In this document: one piece after another, positions 47,252 through 59,183 of the stretch | Layout of the letters: each line of letters begins with the position of its first letter | How positions within the stretch are numbered: position 1 is the first letter of the stretch | From: an uncultured Chloroflexia bacterium | GTDB lineage: Bacteria; Chloroflexota; Limnocylindria; Limnocylindrales; CSP1-4 | Assembly: GCA_963778155.1 (NCBI GenBank) | Contig: CAVZTK010000021.1 | Span: 1,162,871-1,226,870, forward strand | Direction: 5' to 3' | DNA length: 64,000 nucleotides | Notes under the pieces: model-generated | Told to the model about the DNA's origin: nothing | What the model saw: only the letters and a program-made list of their open reading frames with translations | Databases searched by the model: none | Translations under genes and position numbers: made by a program

Positions 47252-48937
47252 TCAGCCGGTCGCGATCCCGCGCTTCTCCGGTGGCGTGCCCGGGCCGTCG
47301 CTCCGCCGGCCGCCTGCCGACGGGCCATCCGCACTCGTCCGTCCCAGGTCGACGAGCCCGTGTGCGTCGGACGCCAGCGTCTCCGTCGAGGCGGACTCGA
47401 TCCGGCTGCGGCGGGAGCGACGCTGCGTCTCGACGTGTGGCTCGGTCATGGCGAGGACCGTCTGGTCGGGCGTCGGTGCCTCGTTCGTATAGAGGTCGCA
47501 GAACAGCGTCACCAGCTCCGGGTCGAACTGCGTGCCGGCGTTCGCCTTGAGCTCGACGATGGCCGCTTCGTGGGAGATCGCCGGCTTGTACGGGCGATCG
47601 TGGGTCATCGCGTCGTAGGCGTCGGCGATGGCGACGATCCGAGCGCCGAGCGGGATCTCGTTCGCCCGCAGGCCGTACGGGTAGCCATGTCCGGCGTAGC
47701 GCTCGTGATGGTGGAGGATGATCGGGACCGCCTCCTTGAGCGCCGCCGCGTATTCGAGGATGACCTGGCCGATCCGCGGGTGCTGGACGACGGTGCGCCA
47801 CTCGGCCGAGGTCAACGGCGCCGGCTTGTCGAGGATCTCATCGGGCACGGCGACCTTGCCGACGTCGTGGAGCAGGGCGGCGATCTTGATGCGATCGACC
47901 TCGGCGTCGGGTAGCTGGAGCTGGCGTGCCATGTCGACCACGATCGCGGCGATCAGGGCGGACGGCTGGCCACGATAGTGGGGGAGCGGCGCGATGAACG
48001 AGGTCAGCGTGTCCGTGGCGGCGTCGCGGGCGCGCAGGCCGAGCTCCATCGCCCGGGCGCGACCGCTGTCCGAGATCGGTGCCCGCGGGACGCGCGCGTC
48101 CTCGTCGGGCTCCTCGAAGATGTAGGTCTGGTTCCGCCCGAGCGATTTCGCCGAGTACATCGCGGCGTCGGCATCGCGCACCAGGTTCTCCATGCGGAGC
48201 TGCTGGCCGGACCCGCCGACGATCCCGATCGAGATCGTGACCGACAGGTTCGCGTTGCCGTCGACGATGAAGCGGCAGCGCTCGACGAGCTTGCGCAGCT
48301 TCTCGCTCAGCGCTGCGCCCTCCTCGACGTTCGTCTCGGTCAGGATCAGCATGAATTCCTCGCCGCCATACCGGCCGATGAGGTCGCTGGCACGCAGGTT
48401 CTCGGCGAGGGTCTGCGCGACGCCGCGCAGCACGACATCGCCGCTGGCGTGGCCGTAGGTGTCGTTGACCGCCTTGAAGTGGTCGATGTCGACGAAGGCG
48501 ACGCACAGCGGCCGTTCGTAGCGGGATGCGCGCTCGACCTCGGCGAACAGGGCGGCCGTCAGGGCCTGGCGGTTGACGACGCCGGTGAGACGGTCGACGG
48601 TCGCCCGGTCGTGGGTGTCGGCCAGTGCGGTCGAGATGCCGTTGATGGCCGCCGCCAGGCGCGCCTCGAGACCGCCGCCATCGCTCGGCACGGACACCGT
48701 GTAGTCGCCGCCTGCGATGCGCTCCGCGGCCCTGACCAGGCGCCCGAACCGGATGCGGACGATGATCCACGACAGGGTCGCGGTGAGGCCGATGCCGATC
48801 AGCACCGCGGTCGCCGCGGCGGCCTCGGCACGGTCTCCGCCGTCGACCCACGACGAGGTGAGTCCGGGGTTCGTCAGGATGAGGAGGGCGACAGCGACCG
48901 GGGCCGCGATCGCCAATACCCCCAGCAGGCGCATCAC
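47252..48937 (-). CDS. Membrane-anchored HAMP-GGDEF-HD-GYP protein (c-di-GMP synthase/phosphodiesterase)
   Basis: 561 aa, two N-terminal TM segments, HAMP-like linker, GGDEF domain with RYGGEEFML plus an RxxD-like I-site context, then HD-GYP (LLHDVGKV, HHHERYAGHGYPYGL). Confidence 0.9.
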   Translation of the reverse strand: MMRLLGVLAIAAPVAVALLILTNPGLTSSWVDGGDRAEAAAATAVLIGIGLTATLSWIIVRIRFGRLVRAAERIAGGDYTVSVPSDGGGLEARLAAAINGISTALADTHDRATVDRLTGVVNRQALTAALFAEVERASRYERPLCVAFVDIDHFKAVNDTYGHASGDVVLRGVAQTLAENLRASDLIGRYGGEEFMLILTETNVEEGAALSEKLRKLVERCRFIVDGNANLSVTISIGIVGGSGQQLRMENLVRDADAAMYSAKSLGRNQTYIFEEPDEDARVPRAPISDSGRARAMELGLRARDAATDTLTSFIAPLPHYRGQPSALIAAIVVDMARQLQLPDAEVDRIKIAALLHDVGKVAVPDEILDKPAPLTSAEWRTVVQHPRIGQVILEYAAALKEAVPIILHHHERYAGHGYPYGLRANEIPLGARIVAIADAYDAMTHDRPYKPAISHEAAIVELKANAGTQFDPELVTLFCDLYTNEAPTPDQTVLAMTEPHVETQRRSRRSRIESASTETLASDAHGLVDLGRTSADGPSAGGRRSDGPGTPPEKRGIATG

Positions 48938-49087
48938 ACCCGAAGGCTACGTTCCGCGGGGAGGTCCGCCGGACCGACCGGACGTACCGACACGCGTGGT
49001 CCGGAAGTACGCGGAACGCGGTGCGCGGGCGCCCCAGGGCGACAGGCCGGGCACCCGCCGTCGGTCGGTCCGAGGGAGACCGCCTGC

Positions 49088-49093
49088 TATACT
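49088..49093 (+). promoter_or_regulatory. Candidate -10 box TATACT upstream of purA
   Basis: tatactccggcc is identical to the 12-mer upstream of ftsZ. It lies ~310 nt upstream of the purA ATG. Confidence 0.35.
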
Positions 49094-49223
49094 CCGGCCG
49101 GTCCCGACACGAGCGGTGTCCCCGCGAACCAGGAGGTCAGCGATCGCGCTTTCGTGGCGCATCGGCCGTCCCGTGAGGCGTCCGAGCGACCGGCCCACCG
49201 CACAGCGGGAGCAGTCTATCCCA

Positions 49224-49246
49224 GCCCAGACCCGTCAGGTCTGGGC
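49224..49246 (+). other. Stem-loop in the long purA upstream region
   Basis: gcccagacc-cgtca-ggtctgggc (9-bp stem) followed by attcccattcttat. Could be a terminator/attenuator or the 3' end of a small RNA. Confidence 0.3.
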
Positions 49247-49404
49247 ATTCCCATTCTTATGGCGGCGCACTGGACGATCGATGCGCGCGTTGGTCGGCTC
49301 CGCCGGTCGCTCACGCACCTTGGGGTGCGCTCGCTCCCTTGCTCACCGCCCGCCTTCGCCTCGACCGCCCAGCGCGCCGATTCGCAGTTCAGGAGAACGG
49401 CCTG

Positions 49405-50712
49405 ATGCCGGCCACTGTCATCGTCGGGCTGCAGTGGGGCGACGAGGGCAAGGGCAAGACGACGGACTTCCTGGCCGAGCAGGTCGCGATGGTCGTCCGC
49501 TACCAGGGCGGCGACAACGCCGGTCACACGGTCGTCAGCGGCGACGAGGTGTTCAAGCTGCGCCTGACGCCGTCGGGCGTGCTCTACCCGCACATCACCT
49601 CGGTCATCGGCAACGGGGTCGTGGTCAACCCCGTCACCCTGATCGGCGAGCTCGACATGCTCGCCTCGCGTGGCATCGACGTGTCGCGCGTCCGGGTCAG
49701 CCGCAGCGCGCACGTGATCATGCCGTACCACCTCGCGCTCGACGCGGGCAACGAGTCCCGACTCGGCGAGGCCAAGGTGGGCACGACCGGGCGCGGGATC
49801 GGCCCGACCTATGGCGATCGGGCGTGGCGGCTCGGCCTGCGGATGGAGGACCTGCTCGACGAGGTCGTCCTGCGCGAGCGGATCGAGCGCGCGCTCCCCG
49901 ACAAGAACCTCGTCCTGTCGGCGATGGGTCGCCCGACCTTCGAGGTCGAGGCGCTGCTCGACGACGCGCTCGGCTGGGGCGCCCGGCTGCGCGACCACCT
50001 CGACGACACGACCTGGCTCGTCCAGGCGGCGCTCGCCCGCGGCGAGCACGTCCTGCTCGAGGGCGCCCAGGGCACGCTGCTCGACCTCGACCACGGCAGC
50101 TATCCGTACGTGACCTCGTCGAACCCGGTCGCCGGCGGTGCCTGCACCGGCGGCGGGATCGGCCCGCTCCAGGTGGACGAGGTCATCGGGGTCATGAAGG
50201 CGTACTCGACGCGGGTCGGCGCCGGGCCGTATCCGACCGAGCTGCTCGACGGCATCGGTGCCGGGATCGCCGAGCGCGGGCACGAGTTCGGGACCGTCAC
50301 CGGGCGACCGCGCCGGGTCGGCTGGTTCGACGCCGTCCCGCTGCGCTATGCGGTGGCCGTGAACAGCGTCAGCAGCATCATGCTCAACAAGCTCGACATC
50401 CTGTCGGGGATCGAGACCATCGGCGTGTGCGTCGCGTACGAGATCGACGGCCGGCGCGTCGAGGTCTGGCCGTCGAGCGGGGCGGCGCTCTCTCGCGCGA
50501 CGCCGATCTACGAATCGTTCGCCGGCTGGCAGCAGCCGATCCACGACATCCGCTCGCTGGCCGACCTGCCGGAGAACGCCCGCCGCTACGTGTCCGCCAT
50601 CGAGGCGCACGCGGGGGTGCCGATCGTCCTCGTGTCGGTCGGACCCGAGCGCACGCAGACGATCGAGCGCGCGTGGCGGCCGATGCGCAATCGCCCGGGA
50701 TTGTCCGCGTGA
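49405..50712 (+). CDS. purA: Adenylosuccinate synthetase
   Basis: [35 protein letters not shown], and an uninterrupted 435 aa. Confidence 0.95.
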   Translation: MPATVIVGLQWGDEGKGKTTDFLAEQVAMVVRYQGGDNAGHTVVSGDEVFKLRLTPSGVLYPHITSVIGNGVVVNPVTLIGELDMLASRGIDVSRVRVSRSAHVIMPYHLALDAGNESRLGEAKVGTTGRGIGPTYGDRAWRLGLRMEDLLDEVVLRERIERALPDKNLVLSAMGRPTFEVEALLDDALGWGARLRDHLDDTTWLVQAALARGEHVLLEGAQGTLLDLDHGSYPYVTSSNPVAGGACTGGGIGPLQVDEVIGVMKAYSTRVGAGPYPTELLDGIGAGIAERGHEFGTVTGRPRRVGWFDAVPLRYAVAVNSVSSIMLNKLDILSGIETIGVCVAYEIDGRRVEVWPSSGAALSRATPIYESFAGWQQPIHDIRSLADLPENARRYVSAIEAHAGVPIVLVSVGPERTQTIERAWRPMRNRPGLSA

Positions 50713-50720
50713 GCCTCGTC

Positions 50721-52073
50721 ATGCCGACCCGGATCCTCGTCGTCGGGGGCGGCGCCCGCGAGCATGCGCTCGCCTGGAAGCTGGCCGGCCGAGCCGGGCG
50801 TCAACGAGGTCATCGTCGCGCCGGGGAGTGCCGCCATCGCGGCCGAGCCGCGCGTCCGCCGGGCGCCCGGCGTCGACCCGCTCGACCCGGCGGCGGTCGT
50901 CGCGGTCGCCCGGCGCGAGGCCGCCGAGCTGGTCGTCATCGGGCCGGAGGCGCCGCTGGCGGCCGGCGTCGCCGACGCGCTTCGCGATGCAGGCTTCGCC
51001 GTCTTCGGGCCGTCGCAGGCGGCCGCCCGGATCGAGTCGAGCAAGGCGTTCTGTCACGACGTCGCGCGTGCGGCCGGCGTCCGGATGGCGCGCGCGTGCC
51101 GCCTTCGATGACGCGTCCGCGGCGATCGCCTTCGCGACCGAGCTGGCCGGCGGCGGGCGCGGCGTCGTGATCAAGGCGGACGGCCTGGCGGCAGGCAAGG
51201 GCGTGGTCGTCTGCGATACGCCGGCGGAGGCCGAACGCGCCATCGAGCGATTGGCGACGACCGCCGGTCTGGAGCGATCGGCGGAAAGCGGTGCCTGGGT
51301 CGTCGTCGAGGAGCGCCTGCACGGCCGGGAGGCGAGCGTCATCGCGTTGTGCGACGGCCGGGACGCGGTGGCACTCCCGCTCGCGCGCGACCACAAGCGG
51401 CTGCTCGATGGTGACGTCGGTCCGAACACCGGCGGGATGGGCGCCTCCAGCCCGCTGCCCGACCTCCCGGATGCCGGCGCCGAGGAGCTGCTCGCCGCCT
51501 TCCACCGACCGATCCTCGCCGAGCTGGCCCGTCGCGGCATCCCGTTCCGTCGGCGCCCTCTTCGCGGGGCTGATGCTGACCGATGACGGTCCGGTCCTGC
51601 TCGAGTGCAACGCGCGCTTCGGCGATCCCGAGACGCAGGCGATCCTGCCGCGTCTCGCGGTCGCGCTCGGACCGATCCTGCTGGCGTGTGCGCGCGGCGA
51701 CCTGGGGCCGGCGCTTCGCGGCGCGGCCGGAGACGGCGCGGCGCTCCTGCCGACCCTGCCAGGGGCCGCGGTCGCGATCGTCCTGGCCGCAGCCGGCTAC
51801 CCGGACGCGCCACGCGCGGGCGACCCCATCGCGGGCCTTGCCGAGGCGGCCGCGACCGGCGCCCTCGTCTTCCACGCCGGGACGACGCGCGACCCGGATG
51901 GCACGGTCCGGACCGCCGGCGGCCGGGTCCTGACCGTCGTCGGTCGCGGCCCGGATATCGCCGCCGCCCGCTTCGCGGCTGCCGCGGCCGTGGACCTGAT
52001 CCATGCCCCGGGCCTTCAGCATCGGACCGACATCGGGGCCGACGTGGCCGAAGCGACGGCGGGGATCCGGTGA
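50721..52073 (+). pseudogene. purD: Phosphoribosylamine--glycine ligase, 3 frame breaks (~50788, ~51097, ~51551)
   Basis: [22 protein letters not shown] | [17 protein letters not shown]...[16 protein letters not shown] | AAFDD...VVIKADGLAAGKGVVV...GPNTGGMGA | ALFAGLMLTDDGPVLLECNARFGDPETQ...GGRVLTVVG. Confidence 0.9.
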
Positions 52074-53428
52074 TCCCGCGCTACACGCTCCCCGAGATGG
52101 GCGCGATCTGGTCGGACGCCGCTCGATTCGAGGCCATGCTCCGCGTCGAGCTCGCGGTCGCCCGGGCTCAGGCGGCCCGCGGGCAGATCCCGCCCGAGGC
52201 GCTGACCGCGCTCGAGACGAAGTCGCGCGTGGACGTCGACCGGATCGCCGAGATCGAGCGCACGACCGACCACGACATCATCGCCTTCGTCAGCCAGGTC
52301 GCCGAGACCGTCGGGCCGGACGGCCGCTACCTGCACCTCGGCCTGACCAGCAGCGACGTCGTCGACACCGGCCTCGCGCTCCAGCTCCGGGCGGCGGGGG
52401 AGCGCCTGCTGCTCGACGTCGACCGGCTGCTGGCCGTTCTCGTGACCCGGGCGCGCGCCGAGGCGACGACGGTGATGATGGGCCGCACCCACTCGGTCCA
52501 CGCCGAGCCGACGACGTTCGGGCTCAAGCTCGCCGGCTGGGCGTTCGAGGTCGAGCGCGGGCGGGTGCGCCTGGCCGCGGCCGTCGACGAGATCGGGACC
52601 GGCAAGATCTCGGGGCCGGTCGGGACCTACAGCCATCTCGAGCCGGACATCGAGGCCGAGGTCCTGGGCGCGCTCGGCCTCCATGTCGACCCGGTCAGCA
52701 CCCAGATCGTCCAGCGCGACCGACACGCCGCCCTGCTGACCGCCATCGCCATCGTCGGCGGCTCGCTGGAGCGCTTCGCGACCGAGATCCGGAACCTCCA
52801 GCACACGGAGATCGGCGAGGTCCAGGAGCCGTTCAAGGCCGGCCAGAAGGGCTCGTCGGCGATGCCCCACAAGCGGAACCCGATCCTGTCCGAGCGGATC
52901 GCCGGGCTGGCCCGCCTCCTCCGCGGCTACGCCCACACCGCGCTCGAGGACCAGCCGCTCTGGCACGAGCGCGACATCAGCCACTCGAGCGCGGAGCGGG
53001 TGATCCTGCCCGATGCCACGATCCTGCTCGATTACATGCTCGTCCGGATGACCGGCCTGGTCGAGGGCCTCCTCGTCCGCTCCGAGCGGATGCGCGAGAA
53101 CATCGCCCGCGGCCTCGGGCTCCACGCGTCGTCGCGCGTCCTGCTCGCGCTCGTCGACGACGCCTCGATGAGCCGCGAGGATGCCTACGCGATCGTCCAG
53201 CGCGCGTCGCTGCGCGCCGCCGACGAGGGCGCCTCGCTGCGCGACCTGCTCGCGGTGGACCCGGTCGTCGCCCAGCGATTGTCGCTGTCCCGTCTCGACG
53301 CGTGCTTCGACGACGCGCTGTTCCTGCAGCACGTGCCCGACGTCATCGCGCGGCTCGACCGGCTCGACCGGGTCGCGATCCAACCGCCACCCACACAGAC
53401 GGAGGTCCACGATGGTGCTGGCCGCTGA
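52070..53428 (+). CDS. purB: Adenylosuccinate lyase
   Basis: Uninterrupted 452 aa with [52 protein letters not shown] overlaps the purD stop (GTGA). Confidence 0.95.
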   Translation: MIPRYTLPEMGAIWSDAARFEAMLRVELAVARAQAARGQIPPEALTALETKSRVDVDRIAEIERTTDHDIIAFVSQVAETVGPDGRYLHLGLTSSDVVDTGLALQLRAAGERLLLDVDRLLAVLVTRARAEATTVMMGRTHSVHAEPTTFGLKLAGWAFEVERGRVRLAAAVDEIGTGKISGPVGTYSHLEPDIEAEVLGALGLHVDPVSTQIVQRDRHAALLTAIAIVGGSLERFATEIRNLQHTEIGEVQEPFKAGQKGSSAMPHKRNPILSERIAGLARLLRGYAHTALEDQPLWHERDISHSSAERVILPDATILLDYMLVRMTGLVEGLLVRSERMRENIARGLGLHASSRVLLALVDDASMSREDAYAIVQRASLRAADEGASLRDLLAVDPVVAQRLSLSRLDACFDDALFLQHVPDVIARLDRLDRVAIQPPPTQTEVHDGAGR

Positions 53429-54302
53429 ATCCTTCCTGCGCTCGGGCAAGGTGCGCGACCTGTACGCGCTCCCGGACGGACGGCTCGCGCTCGTGGCCTC
53501 GGACCGGATCTCGGCCTTCGACGTCGTCCTGCCGACGGCGATCCCGGACAAGGGCAAGGTCCTGACCGGGCTGTCGCGGTACTGGTTCGGCGTGACGGGC
53601 GGCGATCGTCCCGAACCACCTCCTCGCGACGGACGCGTCGTTCGATGACGAGCTCCGCGGCCGGGTCATGGTCTGCCGGCCGACCGACGTCGTGCCCATC
53701 GAGGCGGTCGTCCGCGGCTACCTCGCCGGCTCCGGCTGGAAGGAGTACCGGGCGAGCGGCACGGTCTGCGGCATCGCGCTCCCGTCCGGTCTCCGCGAGA
53801 GCGACCGCCTGCCCGAGCCGATCTTCACGCCGGCGACCAAGGCCGAGCAGGGCGAGCACGACGAGAACATCGACTTCGAGACGATGGCCCGCCTCGTCGG
53901 CGCGCGAGCTCGCCGCTCGGGTGCGGGCGCACGCGATCGCGCTGTACGAGTTCGCGGCGGCCAGGACCGCAGCGGCCGGGATCCTGCTGGCCGACACGAA
54001 GTTCGAGTTCGGGATCGACCGCACGACCGGAGCAGCTCCTGCTCATCGACGAGGCGCTGACGCCCGACTCGTCGCGCTTCTGGGACGCCTCGACCTACGA
54101 GGCCGGCCGGGCTCAGGCCAGCTTCGACAAGCAGTTCGTGCGCGACTGGCTCGAGACCCAGCCGTGGGACAAGACCGCGCCGGGGCCGGAGCTGCCGGCC
54201 GACGTCGTCGACGGCACGCGGGCGCGCTACGTCGAGGCGTACGAGCGGATCACCGGCGCGAGCTTCGCGCGCTACCTCGAGGAGGACGTCATCGCCCCAT
54301 GA
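53412..54302 (+). pseudogene. purC: SAICAR synthetase, 3 frame breaks (~53600, ~53904, ~54031)
   Basis: [30 protein letters not shown] | [10 protein letters not shown]...[12 protein letters not shown]...[15 protein letters not shown] | [16 protein letters not shown]...[10 protein letters not shown] | [18 protein letters not shown]. Confidence 0.9.
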
Positions 54303-54592
54303 GCAGCTTCCGGTTCGCGGTCAACGTCACGCCAAAGCCCGGGATCCTCGATCCGGCCGGGCCGCGCGGTCGAGGGCAGCGCTCGGCCACCTCGGGATCG
54401 ACGGGATCCACGACGTCCGCGTCGGGCGGCGGGTCGAGCTGACGGTCGAGGCCGGGGATGAGGCGGAGCGCCCGGCCGATGGTCGAACGGCTCGCCACCG
54501 AGCTGCTGTCGAACCCGCTCATCGAGGTGTTCGCGATCGAGCCGCTCGGCGCGGCATCGTCCGCCGTCGCGGCCGGGGCAGGGGAGGGCTGA
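54299..54592 (+). pseudogene. purS: FGAM synthase PurS subunit, 3 frame breaks (~54362, ~54377, ~54468)
   Basis: [21 protein letters not shown] | RAVEG | [30 protein letters not shown] | [26 protein letters not shown]. Confidence 0.8.
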
Positions 54593-54594
54593 GC

Positions 54595-55337
54595 GTGCCG
54601 GTCCGCATCGGCGTCGTCGTCTTCCCGGGCAGCAACTGCGACCGCGACACGGTCCACGCGCTCGAGCTGGCCGGCGCGGAGCCGGTCGTCCTGTGGCACG
54701 AGCAGGCATCGCTCGAGGGCGTCGCGGCGGTCGTGCTGCCCGGCGGGTTCGCCTACGGCGACTACATCCGGGCCGGCGTGATCGCCCGGTTCAGCCCGGT
54801 GATGCGGTCGGTGGCGGCGTTCGCCGCCGAGGGCGGCCTGGTGCTCGGCATCTGCAACGGCTTCCAGGTCCTCGCCGAGGCCGGGCTCGTGCCCGGGGCG
54901 CTGCTGCGGAACGACACGTTGCGGTTCGCCGGCCACGACGTCCGGATCGCGGCCGAGCGACTCGACACGCCGTTCACGCACGCGCTCGACGCGCGCCGGC
55001 CGCTGCGGATGCCCGTCGCCCACGGGGAGGGGCTGTACTACGCGGACGACGCCACGCTCGATGCGCTCGAACGCGACGGTCAGGTGCTGTTCCGCTACGT
55101 CGACACAGCCGGGACCGAGGCGACGCCCCGGCGACCCGGCCAACCCGAACGGATCGCTGCGGGCCATCGCCGGGGTGCAGCAACGCGGCCGGCAACGTGG
55201 CCGGCCTGATGCCGCACCCGGAACGGGCGTCCGAGACGGTCCTCGGCTCCGACGACGGCTTCGGGATCGTCCGGTCGCTGGTCCTGAGCGCGGCGCGCGC
55301 CATCAACGAGCCGGCCGTCGCGGCGGGGTCCCGATGA
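54595..55337 (+). pseudogene. purQ: FGAM synthase glutaminase subunit PurQ, 2 frame breaks (~55128, ~55178)
   Basis: [16 protein letters not shown]...[10 protein letters not shown]...GICNGFQVL...FRYVD | [13 protein letters not shown] | [16 protein letters not shown]. Confidence 0.9.
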
Positions 55338-57730
55338 CCGTGGCCGAGCGACCGGTCGAGCCGCTCCATCGCCGGCTGGGCGTCACCGACGACGAGCTCG
55401 ACGCCATCCGCGAGCGGCTCGGCGGTCGCGATCCGAACGACCTCGAGCTCGCGATGTTCAGCGTGATGTGGAGCGAGCACTGCTCGTACAAGAGCTCGAA
55501 GCCGCTGCTCCGGACGCTCCCGACCGCCGGCGAGGGGGTCGTCGCCGGACCCGGCGAGAACGCCGGGGTCATCTCGATCGGCGACGGCCTGGCCGTCGCG
55601 TTCAAGATCGAGTCGCACAACCACCCGTCGGCCGTCGAGCCGTACCAGGGCGCGGCGACCGGTGTCGGCGGCATCCTGCGCGACATCTTCACGATGGGCG
55701 CCCGCCCGATCGCGGTGCTCGACGCGCTCCGCTTCGGGGAGCCGGGCTCCGCCCGGACGCGACATCCTCGTCGACGGCGTCGTCCGGGGCGTCGGCGGCT
55801 ACGGCAACTGCGTCGGTGTCCCGACGGTCGGCGGCGAGCTCGTGTTCGATCCGAGCTACGGCGGCAACCCGCTGGTCAACGTGATGGCCATCGGTCTGCT
55901 CGAGGAACGGCTGCTGACGCTGGCGGCGGCGCCCGGGCCCGGCAACCTCGTGGTGCTGTTCGGGTCGGCGACCGGCCGCGACGGGATCGGCGGGGCGTCC
56001 GTCCTCGCCAGCGCGACCTTCACGGACGACGAGACCTCGGGCGATGGCTCGCGGAGCGTCGCCTCGGACCTCGGTGGGTGATCCGCAGGCGCAGGTGCAG
56101 TCCAAGCGCCCGTCGGTCCAGGTCGGCGACCCGTTCGCCGAGAAGCTGCTCATCGAGGCGAGCCTCGAGCTCATCGAGCGCGACCTGGTCGAGGGCCTCC
56201 AGGACCTCGGCGCCGGCGGCATCACCTGCGCCACGTCCGAGACGGCCGACCGGGCCGGGACCGGGATCGCGGTCGACCTCGACGCCATCCCGCGCCGCGA
56301 ACCGGGTCTCGAGCCGTTCGAGGTGATGATCTCCGAGTCGCAGGAGCGGATGTGTGCCGCCGTCCTGCCCGACAAATGGGATGCGGTCCGTGACGTGTGC
56401 GAGCGCTGGGGCCTTCCGGTGGCGATCATCGGCCGGGTCACCGCCGACGGCGACATCACGGTCGTGACCGGTGGCCTCGAGCCGGACGGCCGCCTGGCGC
56501 GGGGCGCCCGGGTCCTGGCCCGGATCCCGGCCCGCGCGCTGACCAGCGACGCGATCGTCCACCAGCGCGTCGCCGCCGCCCCGACCCACAGCCGCGGCGC
56601 CCCGGCGCCGGGTGCGCCGGCGGCGGTCAGCGACCGGCTTCCCGAGCGCGGGATGGATCCGGGCGCGGTCCTCGTGGCGCTCCTCGGGTCGGCCAACCTC
56701 GCCTCGCGTCACGCCGTCTTCGAGCAGTACGACTCGACGGTCGGCGCGGACACGGTCGCCGGCCCGGGTCGCGGCGCCGCCGTCCTGCGCGTGCGGGGCA
56801 CGAGCAAGGCCCTGGTCGCGACGACGGATGGCAACCAGGCGATCGGCGCGGTCGATCCCTGGCTCGGCGCGGCGTGGTCGGTCGCCGAGGCGACCCGCAA
56901 CGTGTCGATCACCGGCGCCCGGCCGCTGGGCGTGACGAACTGCCTCAACTACGGCGACCCGACCCGACCGACGGCGTTCTGGCAGCTGTCGGAGGCCGTG
57001 CGCGGGGTCGGCGACGCGTGCCGCGCGCTGGGGCTCCCGGTGACCGGCGGCAACGTGTCGCTCTACAACGAGTCGCCGGCCGGGGCCATCGCCCCGACCG
57101 CGGAGATCGGCGTGGTCGGACTGCTCGACGACGTCGACACCCTCGTCGGCCCTGCGTTCGACCGCGTCCACGACGCCGTCGTGCTCGTCGGCGAGGTGGT
57201 CCCGGGCCTGGTCGGGTCCGCCTACACGGCGCTGGCGGGTGGCGCGAGCGAGGACGACCCGCCGGCCCTCGATCTCGGTCGCGAGGCGGCGACTCCAGGC
57301 GTTCGTCCGCGAGGCGATCGCCCGCGGCCTGGTCGCGTCGGCGCAGGACGTGTCGGGCGGCGGCCTCGCCGTCGCGCTCGCCGAGTGCGCGATGTGGGGC
57401 GGCCTCGGTGCGACGGTCCGCATCGCGGTCGAACACTCGCCGGCGGTCGACCTGTTCGGCGAGAGCCCGTCGCGGCTGGTCCTGTCGTGCCGCCCACGCT
57501 ATGCCGCCGCGCTCGAGCTGCTGGCACGCCAGCACGGCCTGCCGGTCGCGACCGTCGGCACGGTCGGCGGCGACCGCCTCGTGGTCGAGCTGTCGATGGC
57601 CGGCGCGACCGGCAACGTCGAAGACCGCGGCGGCGGCGTGGCCGATGCGCTCGAGGTCCCGCTGCGCGACCTCCGCCATGCCTGGGACCACGGCCTCGCC
57701 CGCGCTCTCGGCTGGGAGGGCCACTCCTGA
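55334..57730 (+). pseudogene. purL: FGAM synthase subunit PurL, 3 frame breaks (~55760, ~56079, ~57291)
   Basis: [18 protein letters not shown]...[24 protein letters not shown] | [14 protein letters not shown] | [14 protein letters not shown]...ISESQERM...GVTNCLNYGDP...GGNVSLYNE | LQAFVREAI...AQDVSGGGLAVALAE. Confidence 0.92.
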
Positions 57731-59183
57731 TGTGCGGCGTGTTCGGGGTCGTGCTGCCAGGTGGCGAGCCCAACGAGGCCGCCTCGATCGCCGCGCTCGG
57801 GCTGTTCGCGCTCCAGCACCGCGGCCAGGAATCGGCCGGTCTGGCGGTCAGCGACGGCGAGCAGCTGATGCTCTACAAGGACCTCGGCATGATCAGCTCG
57901 GTCCTCGACGAGCGGCGGCTGCCGAGCCTGCGCGGCCAGCTGGCCATCGCCCATTGCCGCTACTCGACGACCGGCTCGACGATCTGGGAGAACGCCCAGC
58001 CGACCTATCGGCTCGGGCCGCGGCGCGCTCTCGCGATCGGCCACAACGGCAACCTCGTCAACACGCGCGAGCTGCTCGACCAGCTCACGGGCGGCCGCGC
58101 CCGGCTGCCGGCGTCGACGGACACGGAGCTCCTGACCGCGCTCCTGGCCGACGAGCCGGCGGCCGACACGGTCGAGGCGCTCATGCGCGTCCTGCCGCGC
58201 GTCCGCGGCGCCTACAGCCTGGTCATCCTCGACGAACGTCGGGTCATCGGGGTCCGCGACCCGTTCGGCTTCCGGCCGCTCGTCCTCGGCCGGCTGCCGC
58301 GGGCCAGCGCGAACGGCGATGACGACGGGCTGTGGCAGGCGACGACGCGGACGCCGGCTGGTGCCTGTCGTCCGAGACGGCCGCGCTCGACATCGTCGGC
58401 GCCGAGTACGTCCGCGACGTCGAGCCCGGCGAGATGGTCATCCTCGAGCGCGGCCAGGCGCCGCGGTCGGTCCGCTTCGCGCCGGCGACGCCCGCCCTGT
58501 GCGTCTTCGAGCTGATCTACTTCGCCCGCCCCGACTCGTACATGGAGGGCCGCAACCTGTACGAGGCGCGACGCCGGATGGGCATCCAGCTCGCCCTCGA
58601 GCATCCGGCCGACGCCGACCTCGTGATGCCGGTCCCGGACACCGGCGCCCCGGCCGCGGCCGGCTACGCCGAGGCGTCCGGGCTGCCGTACCGCGAGGGG
58701 ATGTACCGCAATCGCTACACCGGCCGGACGTTCATCCAGCCGTCGGCGGCGCTGCGCCACCGGGGCGTGACCATCAAGCTCAACCCGCTGCGCGAGGTGG
58801 TCAACGGCAAGCGGCTGGTGGTCGTCGACGACTCGATCGTGCGCGGGACCACGACGAAGCAGATCGTCGCGCTGCTGCGCAAGGCCGGCGCGACCGAGGT
58901 CCACGTCCGCATCAGCGCGCCGCCGATCTACCACCCGTGCTTCTACGGCATCGACACGCAGATCGAGACCGAGCTGATCGCGGCGACCCACACGGAACCC
59001 GAGATCCGCGAGTTCATCGGCGCCGATTCGCTCGGCTACCTGTCGATCCGCGGCGTGCTCGCCGCCCTCGACCTGCCGTACGAGCGGTTCTGCTTCGCCT
59101 GCTTCGACGGCCACTACCCGGAGCCCGTGCCGTACGACGCCGCGAGCCGCAAGTTCATGCTCGAGGAGGCGGTGACCCGCTGA
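57730..59183 (+). pseudogene. purF: Amidophosphoribosyltransferase, frame change near 58325-58335
   Basis: MCGVFGVVLP...LQHRGQESAG...AIAHCRYSTTG...IGHNGNLVN | GWCLSSETAALDIVGAEYVRDVEPGE...VVDDSIVRGTT...CFYGIDT. Confidence 0.92.

Noticed and set aside
48938-50720. A ZTP (pfl) or purine riboswitch upstream of purA/purD.
   Set aside because: No GGGUCGUGACUGGCG...CCGCCUGGGCA-like or purine-aptamer core strings were seen. purD follows purA with only 8 nt between them. The region is kept only as an unexplained structured leader.
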